DNA of 64,000 nt. It comes from Intoshia linei. Taxonomy: Eukaryota; Animalia; Orthonectida. The stretch lies in assembly GCA_001642005.1 (NCBI GenBank), contig LWCA01000027.1, positions 1-64,000 of the forward strand, in the 5' to 3' direction. Shown here one piece after another: positions 27,028 to 44,271 of the stretch (position 1 is the first letter of the stretch; each line of letters opens with the position of its first letter). The notes below the pieces were generated by a model. That model made no database searches. It saw only the letters and a list, made by a program, of their open reading frames with translations, and had not been told where the DNA came from. Made by a program: the position numbers and the translations under genes.

Positions 27028-27825
27028 TTAAACTGGTAATTTCAATTTTTTGCCTTTCATTACTAAAAAATATACAATTACAATGTACATTTGTATTTTA
27101 AAAATGGAAAAATTACACTTTGTCACATAGATGTAGAAAAAATCACTATATAAAATGGTTTGAATAACTCCTGCGACAACAGCAATTACATCGACTAGTT
27201 TGCTATCATAATAAACGTAAATCCAATGAAGAACATATAACAATCTATACATCCCCAAAGCAAAAATATAGTGGCTAGTGATAGTTTCTGCTTCAGCTCT
27301 CTTAGAAATCATGTATAATTGTGGTAATATTGCTACACTTTCTAGGTATATCGAAAAAGTCCACAAAATCTTTTACTAAAAGTATTACCAGATAATCTTT
27401 ACATTTACCTCTAATATCTCAATTTCGTAATTTATTAAACATGCCAACCCGCCGCAGCAAATAACTTAAAAGTTTATTAAAATTATTATTTAAATTTACC
27501 CAATATTTCTGCTCGGAAACTATCATCTTCACTGTTGTAAGTATGTCGATATTTTACCAGTATTAAATAAACTGTCAATAACATTGATAAAATGTAAATA
27601 ACTTTCATAATAGTATTATACGCAGACACAAAATGTAGAAACAGGTCGACATAACGAGAAATAAATACAAGGAAAAATAGAACTTGACTTTTTGCGGATA
27701 AACCTATAAATGTATTAGTTCAAATTCAAAATACCTGAAATTGATCGGGATTTTATAATTTTGTACAATAATAACTTAATAGCTATAAGATGACTGAGAT
27801 CTCCAATAAATCGAAATATATCCAT
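27028..27825 (-). CDS. KDELR: ER lumen protein-retaining receptor (KDEL receptor/ERD2), multi-exon
   Basis: [17 protein letters not shown]|[67 protein letters not shown] and C-terminal GKKLKLPV. Confidence 0.96.
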
Positions 27826-29047
27826 ATTATATTCTGAATAACAAATAGACACGTTTTATTTATTTTAGTTTCAGGTTAAAATTTTATTAAATTTATTTTT
27901 GGATACACATTATTTTAATCTAATATTTATGTATAATTTATCTGACGAATATACATTTGAATCCATTTTTTATTATATAAAAATACAATTTGATATTACA
28001 TGCCATTGATTTGTAGTAGCGACAGCAATATAATTATAGGTATAGTTCTCAGTCGGGAATCGATTTCATTGTATTGACTGAATATTTCATTCATTTTGTA
28101 GTTACGTAAAGATACAAGAGTATTTTTTAATGAGTCGTCAATACAAAATTTAATTTAAAAATTAAAAATAATGGTGGTAAAAAATACTTTTCAAGTGTTT
28201 GTAAGATTGGTAATAACATGCCCTTTAGAGGGTTATCATATAGCGTTAGTGATGGAGATTTAACTCTGGTTCAACCCAACCCTTCTAGGTTAAGTAATCT
28301 GATGTGAAGCAAGGATAATACCCTTTATTTTAAGAAAAATTTATATATTTCAAAATTTTATTTTTGGAATTTAAAAAATATCTATAATTTATAATTCATA
28401 GTATCATACGAGCTGGGTGACCTAAAAGAAATTCTACCTTCATTTGGGAACCGCTGTACTATAAATGAATTTTTCATAAAAAATCATTTTTTTTGTGAAA
28501 TTTCATAATTTTTTTGAATTTTTGGTCATAAATAAATTGCTCTAATAATTACATAGTATTGTATCTATTTAATTCCTGTATAGCGCCTCACGAATCAATT
28601 TCAATTTTCCTAGCTCAACAGTAAAATCTATTCATTGTTCATAATTACTTTTTTACACAAAGCCCAAGTATTACTATTCAATCAGTTGATTTTGATTACA
28701 ATTATAATTGCAACGTTGATTATTACAAATATTATCATAATTATAATGATCTGAAGTCATCATTATAAACGCAAACTATTGAGTTATAATAATCAGAATA
28801 TAGTCGGCGATATTGTTCTCGGCATAAACATTTTCTTATAATTAAATAAGCGACGTCAAAATTTAAAAAATTAACATTTAATGAATTGTTTATAATCGTA
28901 AATTATAGCAAATGTACCACTTTCATTGCAAATGTTTTATTGTGGCATAGTAACTGTTTATATTAAATAAAAATAATGTGCGCTTTTTTTAAAATATATT
29001 TTTAATTTATTCTTAATTTATTTTTATTCGTAAAATATAACTAATAA

Positions 29048-32000
29048 ATGCAAAAAAAGTTTGAACTTTATAGTATTCTACCCAATAAATCAATCGAATT
29101 ACCCAAAGAAAATACCAAATCTCATTTGAATATATCCAAAAATGCTTCCATGTTTAATACAACAGTTGGTAATTTTTTCATTTTAAATTTACGTCAGATA
29201 CAAAAAATTCACTCGTAGTTTTTCGGGTATTGTATTTAGTAAGTCTAGTGAATATTTGAAAAGAAAAAAACACAATAAAGCTTAAAGTTTAGATAAAATT
29301 TTTCACAATTTTTAGAATTTTAGTCATCTAAATTTATGCAAAGATTAGTCATCATAGTAATCCAAACGTCATGAGTGAGCCCCAGATTTTTTAGTTTTAA
29401 TAATTTATTAAAACTTATTTCTTAGATGTTAAAAATAAGAGTATTAACATTTCTATGCGTAAAACCTCTTCAACATCCGGAGATCGTTACATTCCAAACC
29501 GTTCAGCCATGAATTTCGATGTATGCAAGTTTTACACTAGTAAAGGTCCTGATAAAACGACTAATGATAACACTGATACAAATGAAAAATTAGAATATCA
29601 TAATAGCATTACAAACAACTTAATTGGCAAAAATAAAGATTCGAAAATTTTAACTTTTGGAAAAAAGATGCCACTACCAGGTAATTTTTCATTTTTAACT
29701 GATAATTTTTTTTGTAGCAATTAATTCAAAAAATGATGTCGCCTTTGTAGCTAATAAATCTAAAGGAAAATCTTCGCATAGAAACATTTTGCAACATGCA
29801 GATAAGATTCTGGACGCTCCAAATTTAATTTCTGATTATTGTAATTTTATTTATAATGGTAAACACCTGCAAAAGATGTAGACCAGTGATGGTAGCCAAC
29901 TAAAACTAGGTGTGTTAAATTTAATACTATTTTCAGCAATTTTTTTCTTGTGTTTTTATTAAAAAAATATTAGGTCAATCAAAACCGTCAATTAAGTCGA
30001 AGAACTTGATGATGGAAAATGAGTTAAAAAAATAATTTTTACATTTATTTAGATTTAAAAAATTGAGCTGCAAGTTTTTCAATGGGAGGTTCATAACTTG
30101 TTGATTTTAACGCTAAACAAGCCAAACTAATTTCATCGTGAAGTCTATTCATTTTATGATTTTTGACATTATTCAATGTGCAAAATAACGATTCACAAGA
30201 ATATGTAGATGAAAATATATTTAATATAGCTTTAGCTAGACATTTCAGACTATTAATTGTTTCAGGCATAGAATGCTAAACTTCTAATAACATATTTGAT
30301 TTGTCAAAGTAGGTAACATCTTTAAATGATTTTTTAAGTTTATTTCGTTTTATTACTTCAATTTCTGATCTCACTTATTTTAGTAATATTTTTTAGGCGT
30401 GCATTTATTGTGTCAGTATTTTTATTATTGATTTCTCAGTATTGGTGATGGTTTGTCAGTAGAAAAATTGATTTTTCAGTATTTTAGGTGCCAATTGATA
30501 AGGTGTCAGTATAAATAATTGATTGTTAGTATTTAAATTGGAAGGGCAATAAAAAAAATTATTTTGGAAGTAAAGTTTGTTTGTTTGCCAATACTGAAAA
30601 ATAATTAAAGAAAAATACTGACACAATTAATTAACACGTTTGTTAACAATTAATTAATTAATTAACAATTAACAATTTGTTCTCATAAAAAAACCTGGTG
30701 TGAACACCATAGAATATTTCTAATTTTTTTGTAATTTGGTTTGTAGGTATAATATGGTATCTTAATATTTAAGTTTTAAGTTGGGTCTGTAGTGGATGAT
30801 ATTATTATATAAAGTATTTCATAAGATTAACCTAATTATTAACCACACAAGGATAATAATAAAGACAAGAGAGATATAAAAAAGATTAAAGGGATTGACA
30901 TAATTACATTTAATTTTCAAAAACTAGATTTTTAATTTTTATACTACCACTCCAAAATCATCAAACTTACAATTCAATTTTTTTACTGACAAATTAATTA
31001 ATCCCCTATTTTTTATTTGAAGTGAATTTATATTTTTTTTCAAATTTGTATTTTTTACACACAAACACGTACTTTGCCATCACTGATGTAGACGATCAAA
31101 ATATAATGGACCACATGACACGTGAAAATATTTTATTAACATTAACGGTTAATTCTGTATCAGCCAAACTTGGTTTCCACGACATCCTTGCTTCAATAGT
31201 ATTAATAAAAAACTAGCTTCATCCACTTTTCGAAAAATTTTCAAAGATAATTATTTTTAATTGTTTAAACTTGCAGAATACGATACTATTTGAAAAATTT
31301 GTTTTTAAAAAAATTCACTGTATCTCACATCACCTAGTTGGATAAAGATTGGGTTAATTTATGAAAATATTTTGAAACTCAGAATATAAAATTGTCATCC
31401 AACATTTTTTGTAATATTGTATTACTTTAGATATACTACAGTTTAAGTCCTTATTAAGGAAATTTTGTTAGCGGAAATTCTATTTTAACGGAATTTTGAA
31501 TTATTTATTTTTTCTTAACGAATTTGTATAAACTAAAAATTCCGTTAATAAAAATATTATTTGTAAACTCTAGAATTTATTTTTAATCATAAATATAAAC
31601 TCATTTTTTTACTTATTAAAAGTCAATTTAGTACGTTTTTTATCAAATTTTTCAAGGACACTAAAAAACTGATGTGGACCCATTTGATAATGTTTTGCGT
31701 ATATTATTTCGTCATTTATTATTCAAAAAGTCATAATAACAAGAAATATGACCATTTATTTCAAAAAAATTAAATTCCGTTAACAAGGGTGTAACTATGG
31801 GGAAAATTCTATTAATATGTAATTTCCAAATTTTTAATTCCGTTAATTGGGACTTATATTGTATTATTACTAGTTATTACAAGGTTAAAATTGGTCATCG
31901 ACCTCTTAAAACCTGATAATAGATAAAGAGAAAGTGAACAAAAAATTAGGGACTTTGAGAAACACAATTTATTTCTTTTTAATAATAAGATTTTCCACAA

Positions 32001-34511
32001 AACAAGTATCATAATAAAATTGACACTGAATTTTAGCTTTTTAATTCAACGACATGTGCCATAATTAAATAACTGAAATTTAATCTTATATAACTTTTAT
32101 TGTATCTTTTTGGTTTTATAATATTTTATAATATTCTCTTTAAAAATTGGTTTAAAAAATATTTAACGTTAATAATATATTATGTGAAACTGTTTTAACC
32201 TTTTTCACATAATATACCTGTTAAAAAATATTTCTGAACCTTTACTGTAAAATTAACTGAAATGTTTATAAATTAAAGATAAACTTACAAATAAATTTTC
32301 GCTGGCTGCAAATAGATTTTGGTGTGGCGCACCGGTTGAGAAACACTGTAATATTCAATATTAATTAAATTACACTTTATGTTTCTTTTTCTGTATCATT
32401 ATTCTACATCAGTGGTTCTCAAGAAGGTCCACAAGAAAAATTTTTGGACAACGAAAAAAATCCATTACAAGCATCCGATATAATGATGAATGATCGCATA
32501 ATGAACAACCAATTAAGCAATGTATAGAGGTCCTATTTTTTATAGTGCCTACAATGTCTACCTGATCGCAAAGCCTACTGTTGGCTCTCCACGGCCCTGC
32601 ATGTGCCATGTTGAGAATATCTGTATTATGTTATTTTTCAATTTAACATTATTGTCAATATTTTTTCGGTTTGTTTTTAACCCTACTTACCGCCTCATCG
32701 GTCATTTTTTTAATTGAATGATACTATAACTATAGAATTTCTGCTAAACCCTCATAAAAATTCGAATTTTATTAACCTCAACGAAAAAATTTATTTACTC
32801 TTAGACACCGCATTACTCAGATATGAATAATTTGAAATTTCAATAATATGAAAGTTACTAACAATAATAAAGTCAAAGTTCCATCGTAGTGTCTAAGGGT
32901 TAGAAGTCTCAATTTTAGATGAAATCTTGAAAACATCTATTTTTATGAAAGTGGATTTTTTTATTAAGGTTTTGTAATATGTATTTTTTCTTTCATAATT
33001 GGGATAAATGGATTATTCTCATTCGGTTTAGTAAATAAATAATTATTTTCCACATTATCATGACTATAAAACAGGCATTCAAAGTTATATACTTGAACAG
33101 TTAATTTAATATTAAATTGTGGACGGATTAAAGGTTAATTCTAAGAAATTTTACCAAAATTTTATTTGTAAAAGACTTTTTATGTTCTTGGTTTAATTTT
33201 AATTTTTTAAGTTTTTCTACGAACTGGCATTTGGGAATTATGAAACTATAAAGTCCAACACCAATTGACATGAATCAACATTTATAAATAAATGTATATT
33301 AAATTTTTTTAATTATGCCAATGACATTGGCCCAATGTTATTTTTTTTTTGTGGACTTTTTTGGAAATCACTTAAAGAAATTTATTAATTTTTACGATAG
33401 ATTTGAATATAATGGATTGGTCAGTCAAAAATATATTGGCTGTTTGCCTTGGAACAACGGTTTATTTATGGAACTATGATTCTCAAACTACCACAATTTT
33501 AACTGATTTTGTAAATAACTCTAATGATTATCCATCCTCGATTAAATGGTCTCATGATGGTAAATTTATCGTTATTGGAACTTTTTCTCATAATGTTGAG
33601 GTATATTAAATGAATTATAAAAATTAAATACGTTTCAGATATGGAGCGTTGAGAAAGAAATGAAACTACGAACCATGAAGGGACATGCGGCCCGAGTAGG
33701 TAGTTTAAGTTGGAAAGAGCACATTCTTAGTAGGTAAATTTACTTTTGTAACGAGTGATTTCTGTCTCGCGCATATTTAGTTTTTTATTTTAGTGGCTCA
33801 AAATCAGGATATATACATCACCATGATGTGAGAATATCTGAACATATTTTGGGTAAATGGGCTGCACATTCCCAAGAAGTTTGTGGTCTGGCATGGTCCA
33901 ACGGCTCCAATAAATGTTTAGCTTCTGGGTCAAACGATAATGCCCTGAAACTCTGGTCTTATGATTCAATATCTACAAATTTTGAAATGAATGGAAATAA
34001 ATACTACACTGGAGGTCCAATACACACATTAACCGAGCACAAAGCTGCTGTAAAGGCAATTGCGTGGTGCCCTTGGCAGAATTCAATTCTGGCTAGTGGA
34101 GCGGGAACGGCGGACAAGTGTATAAAGATTTGGAACTCTACTACTGGAGAATGTGTAAAATCCGTAGATACAAATTCTCAAGTTTGCAATATACTTTGGT
34201 GCGAAGAATATAGAGAATTGGCCTCGAGCCACGGATTCAAACAAAATCAAATTACACTCTGGAAATATCCACTCATGACCAAAGTTGCGGATTTATTGGG
34301 TAACTATTAAATATTTTTAATTTATTACAAATTAGGTCATACGGGTAGAGTTTTGCACATGTCTTTATCAGCCGATAAGACTACAATTGCTTCCGTAGGT
34401 GCGGATGAAACCCTCCGATTTTGGAAATGCTTCCCGGAACGAGAAAAGAGCGTGAAGCTTACTAAACGATCCGCCCATACAAACAATATGTTTGGACTGA
34501 GTCGGTTTTAA
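29048..34511 (+). CDS. CDC20: Cell division cycle 20 / fizzy (APC/C activator), multi-exon
   Basis: N-terminal KEN (PKENT), C-box GDRYIPNRS, KILTF (KILR-like), ILDAPNLISDYYLNIMDWS, WD40 repeats HSQEVCGLAW, HKAAVKAIAWCPWQ, ASSHGF and ADETLRFW. The DYY and WCPW motifs favour CDC20 over FZR1. Confidence 0.92.
29884..31085 (-). mobile_element. Internally deleted hAT (Buster/SPIN-like) element in CDC20 intron
   Basis: TIRs CAGTGATGG..CCATCACTG with perfect 8-bp TSD ATGTAGAC. ORF 30045-30269 encodes a hAT dimerisation domain (IFSSTYSCESLF..K...NRL..YEPPIEKL). Confidence 0.88.
31439..31861. mobile_element. pogo/Tigger-like MITE
   Basis: TA|CAGTTTAAGTCCTTATTAAGGAAAT ... AATTCCGTTAATTGGGACTTATATTG|TA, with the TIR core AATTCCGTTAA repeated internally. 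Confidence 0.65.
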
Positions 34512-34970
34512 TTTTGTATATACTTAATTTGTTTTACAGATATAAATTAAATTTATGACCTTAGTCTCGATTTGTCAGTTTATATGAGTTTGTCATTCTA
34601 ATGATGATTCGACTCAAATTACAATTAATGAAGACATTAATTTCAAACATAAGCATTTAACTAAATTAGTTGTCAGAAAATATTGTCTCTCGATATGATT
34701 CTAGTCAAAATGATGATTAGACATGTTCATTTATAAAACATTTACCATAAAATCGTACATAAATATACATCAATCAACTTTGCATTCTGACATGCTTATG
34801 TTGTGTAATGAGTGTATGTAATTTTAGAATAACTTGTTTGACTAATGAAATCCGATTGAGTCGTTTATTTTTTGCGCATTTAACTTTAGATGGGTGATTT
34901 TACCAAGTAAAATTGGCTTATTAAGCTTTATTGCTACAAACATTACATCGGTCATTGCATTTGTCTGTAA

Positions 34971-36050
34971 ATGATTTTATTGATATTGTTTTGTGTATTT
35001 TTTAATTGCCACTTTTGTATCAACCGAGAACCTATATTGGACTGGATTAGACTAAAAATATCGCATAGTATAAAGGAAAAAAATACTATATTTGGAATTT
35101 ATCCACAAGGTTCATTCATTTTTTTCAAATAATTATTTTTTAGCAATTTGGAAGTCTCCAGATGAAAATATATTTAAATTATGTTTTTCTAATGCGAAAA
35201 TTCCTCACATTCACAGGGCAAATAGAAATGCAAAAATTAAATTTGTCATATCTCCACAAATATTGAATGAAAATATGTTTCATCTTAAAATTAACCAATC
35301 ATCTATTTTTACAAACATTTATAAAGAAAGGGATAACCATAAAAATAAAAAACTAGGAAGAATAGGTCGTTCTGTAAACTTTTTTACGGGCGATGCGCAC
35401 ATTACCAATATTCACAGTGTTAAAACTGTCATAAATGCATCCTTCAACTCTACTGGTTGCAACAACATTTATGTTAAATTTTTCACCAAAATTAATAATA
35501 ACAATATTAATCTTTCTTTTCGACCCCTCAATGTTAAATTGAACCAATTATTCATGTTGACCATTTTTGTGAGGAAAAATGCCATCATTACTGACAAACA
35601 TTACAAATCATCTATAGACAAAATTAAATTAATTCTTGCTACACCTCCAGAACCTAAACACACTCGAAAGCGTAGACATTTACCAAATTCCCAATCCGGG
35701 GATTGTGAATTGCACTATATCAATGTCAATTTTTATGAAATCGGGTGGCACTGGATCGTTGACCCTCCCAGCTACCAATCAAATTACTGTCAGGGAATGT
35801 GCAACTATCCTCTCCCTCAAAAGACAAATAATAGCAACCATGCAATGGTGCAAGTACTACAGGTAATATTATTGATGTATCTTACTGTATATATTTTATC
35901 TAGCACGCTTTACGACCAAATTTAATCCCTGCTCCCTGCTGTGTGCCTACAAAATTAAAGCCAATAGACATATTATATATGGATCCGTATTATCGAGTCA
36001 TGTTGAAAAGGTTCGATGAAATGATAGTAACTAAATGTGGTTGTCAATAA
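34971..36050 (+). CDS. BMP-type TGF-beta family ligand precursor (3 exons)
   Basis: Hydrophobic signal peptide MILLILFCVFF, furin site RKRR, and a mature domain with 7 Cys: CELHYINVNFYEIGWHWIVDPPSYQSNYCQGMC..NHAMVQ|..PCCVPTKL..MIVTKCGCQ*. Confidence 0.93.
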
Positions 36051-36064
36051 AATTAAAAGGTTAA

Positions 36065-41117
<5,053 letters not shown>

Positions 41118-41403
41118 TTTAGCTCAAATTTTTTTCATTTCTGTAATGCAAATATATACATTTGACCTTGAAAAATATATTATTGTTTTGGAAACAACCT
41201 CCGTAAATTTTGTCAATATTGGTCAAATCCGCACATTATTCCGAGTTTCCAATATGTATCCAAGTTTTTTGAGTTTGAGAAAATTGAAGTTAAATTTGAA
41301 TGTAAAATGAAATGAATGTTTGATTAGTATCAAGTTTCTATGTTAATTGAGAACACTGAATATTTCCACTGGATTCGCTATCCAAGTAAATTAAAGATTG
41401 AAA

Positions 41404-44142
41404 ATGATTAGTAATCAACTGGCTGATTTGCTCATGTGCGGTATATGTCTAAATAAAGTAGAATCCCCAAAATCATTAGTTTGTTTGCATTCTTTTTGCC
41501 ACGATTGTTTGCGAAATTTATTTCTGCACAACAAGAGCATTAAAAAATGTCCAGTTTGCAGCCATGCAATCGACATTACTTTGGAAGCTCATGTTGAGGA
41601 ATTGCCAAATGATTTCAAGATTGAACAGATCCAAGATATATTGAATAAATCTCTTACACTCGAGCATTATTGTGATCTCTGTAAATTTTTCCCTGATCAG
41701 ACTTTGATGGCTACAAAATTGGTGAAACATGAATCCTTTTCAAATACAATTTTTTATAATTCGGGGCTATTTCCAAACCGGAAACGTAAATGCAGTAAAT
41801 CCGAGTCCGACATTCATTGTAAAGACGCCAAAGACAATAAATATGCATTTGTGTATTGTTCACAATGTGAAATATACATTTGCATACGATGCAAAGACAA
41901 GTACCATGACAGTCTTAACCATTTTACAGACCATACAATAATTTCCATTTTTTCTGACAAGGCTGATATTGCCTCCAGGTCAAAGTCTCTGCCAGTTTTT
42001 GATTACTGTGCCCTGCATCAAATGTCGAATAAATTTTATTGTGAAAAATGTAGAATAAAACTATGCGTCGTTTGCTACATGCTGGTTCATGATCATTCTA
42101 ATCACACGGACCACGTTATTGATATTTGTAATTCAGAAAAATTGGAAAAAAGAATTGATTTTTTTACTTATTCCATTTCTTCAAACTTGGAAGAATTTCA
42201 AAGTGATTTTCATTCAAATATGACAAATTGGGTTTTCCAGTTTGATAGCTTGCAAATTGAAAATGTTAAATCTAGTATCGGAAAGAGGTGTACTACGATT
42301 CATAAAGATTTGTGTCAAATTGAGAATAGAATGACTCAATTTGTCGAAAATTTGGCAAAAAAACTTTACGAATCTCATATACATACCCAGCTTTCCAAAA
42401 TGAAAAAAATAATAACTGTAAATCTTTTACCAACTAATAAGGACCAATTTCATGCAATCCTTTCAAACACTGAAAATGATGTTAAATCAACATCTCCTTC
42501 TTATTCTGAAAACTCTTTTAATAAAATTTTCGTACACTCATTCTTCAACCAAATTAAATTGTATTTGAACCAGCAAACCCGCGGATTTGAAGGTTACCAA
42601 AACTTGTTACTCCTGCACGAATCAATAGATACTATTTACTCTTCGATTCATAATAGTGACATAAACATTGACCTTGAAACAGATAATGATGTAGATTGTT
42701 CCAAACTCGTTAAAACATGGAAAATGGATGAAAGTTTACAATTTAATGAAGATTACTCTGTCATAAATTGCCCTCAATTGAATCACCTCGTAAATTTTTC
42801 AATTTCTGATTTGGCTCAAAGCACATACATTTCTTCTCTAGAAAAAACAATTGGGTTCATTTACCAATTACATTCAAATCCTAATCCCACTGAACCCTGT
42901 AAGAATAAATTAGCGGCTGAAGATGTAAATTTAATAACTAATAATTTCAATAATTTGAACAAGGGGAAATTAAAAAGAAAATGCAACAAATTGAAATCAG
43001 TATTTAGCCCCAAAAAAAAGGTTACCGATATAATGATGTCACTGTCACCAAAACCAATTTCTTTCAAAACAAATATATCCACCAATTTTGAGGAAACTAT
43101 ATCATCTCTTAAACTCAGAGAAAGCGATAAAAATAATAATAGATCTTTTAGATATATTGGTTTTTTCGACATAAAATACTCTCATTTTCAACATTTTGAT
43201 GTTCGACAAACAGAAGGATCAATTAAAAAAAAGTTGACCTATTTAACCGCCACAGGTGATTCTTCAATGTTTGTGGGTAGAGAAAAGTACCAAATTTTCG
43301 AATCCGACTGTAAATTTAAATGTGATGACGATATATTCAAAAATATAACGTCTTTGTCTCTTGTGTGTATTAATGTGCGAAATTTTGTTTGGAAAGAAAA
43401 AATTTTTCTAGTAATTGATGCAAATTCTGGATTAACTTACCGTATAATTTTTGAAACTGAAAATTTCAAAAAAGAATTATTTACCTATCGCCACACGTCG
43501 GCCTATTTTGCGTTTGATTTATGCTTGGACGTGGACGCTTCTCACGTGTATATAACTGACTACGAAAATAATTCACTAATGAAGTACGACATGGACGGAA
43601 ATGTAATATTTTCCAAAAAGTCGTTTAATAGCGGCACTCAAACTGTATCTCTTAAAAGACCCACCTTTGTGACAACAGACTATTCCAACAATGTCTACAT
43701 TAGCGACACGGGAAACTCGTCTATTAAAGTAATTGGAGCGGATGGGAATCTAAAAACAATTATTGGTAAGCATATTTTACGTATGCCTCTAGGAATAGAA
43801 ATTTTACAATTGTCCAAAAACACTATGCAAAAATCTAACCAAATTGGTCTTTTTCAGCCTGAAATTTTCATCTTCACAGTAGACAATATACTAAAAACTG
43901 TTTTTGTATTCAATATTTGCGGTAATGTTCTTAAAAAAATAGACATGTCTTTCAAGATTGAATCACCCATAGATCTTTCAGTAGACATGAAACTGAAAAA
44001 ATTGTACATTCTTCAAAGTTCTCTTTCAGATGTTTTGACCAGTTTATGCCAGCAATTGATGCAAGAAAATGTTGACGATAAATCTCAGCGTTGTCCCAAA
44101 GTTCGACCTAAAATTAGTTTTTGGGATATCATTTTTGAATAA
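41404..44142 (+). CDS. Intronless TRIM-family E3 ligase: RING, two B-boxes, coiled coil, NHL-like beta-propeller
   Basis: RING CGIC..CLHSFCHDC..CPVC; B-box1 CDLC...CSQCEIYICIRC..H..H; B-box2 CALH..FYCEKC..LCVVC..H..H; NHL-like LKRPTFVTTDYSNNVYISDTGNSSIKVI. First ATG at 41404. Confidence 0.88.
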   Translation: MISNQLADLLMCGICLNKVESPKSLVCLHSFCHDCLRNLFLHNKSIKKCPVCSHAIDITLEAHVEELPNDFKIEQIQDILNKSLTLEHYCDLCKFFPDQTLMATKLVKHESFSNTIFYNSGLFPNRKRKCSKSESDIHCKDAKDNKYAFVYCSQCEIYICIRCKDKYHDSLNHFTDHTIISIFSDKADIASRSKSLPVFDYCALHQMSNKFYCEKCRIKLCVVCYMLVHDHSNHTDHVIDICNSEKLEKRIDFFTYSISSNLEEFQSDFHSNMTNWVFQFDSLQIENVKSSIGKRCTTIHKDLCQIENRMTQFVENLAKKLYESHIHTQLSKMKKIITVNLLPTNKDQFHAILSNTENDVKSTSPSYSENSFNKIFVHSFFNQIKLYLNQQTRGFEGYQNLLLLHESIDTIYSSIHNSDINIDLETDNDVDCSKLVKTWKMDESLQFNEDYSVINCPQLNHLVNFSISDLAQSTYISSLEKTIGFIYQLHSNPNPTEPCKNKLAAEDVNLITNNFNNLNKGKLKRKCNKLKSVFSPKKKVTDIMMSLSPKPISFKTNISTNFEETISSLKLRESDKNNNRSFRYIGFFDIKYSHFQHFDVRQTEGSIKKKLTYLTATGDSSMFVGREKYQIFESDCKFKCDDDIFKNITSLSLVCINVRNFVWKEKIFLVIDANSGLTYRIIFETENFKKELFTYRHTSAYFAFDLCLDVDASHVYITDYENNSLMKYDMDGNVIFSKKSFNSGTQTVSLKRPTFVTTDYSNNVYISDTGNSSIKVIGADGNLKTIIGKHILRMPLGIEILQLSKNTMQKSNQIGLFQPEIFIFTVDNILKTVFVFNICGNVLKKIDMSFKIESPIDLSVDMKLKKLYILQSSLSDVLTSLCQQLMQENVDDKSQRCPKVRPKISFWDIIFE

Positions 44143-44271
44143 TGTTTGATAACATTTTATAAAAACTTGTACATTTATACAAAAATAAACCATTGACAAT
44201 ATGTTGCTAATTATTTATCTAATAAAGTATCGAATAAGTACTTTTTGTATTTTATTTATGCACAAGTGATT

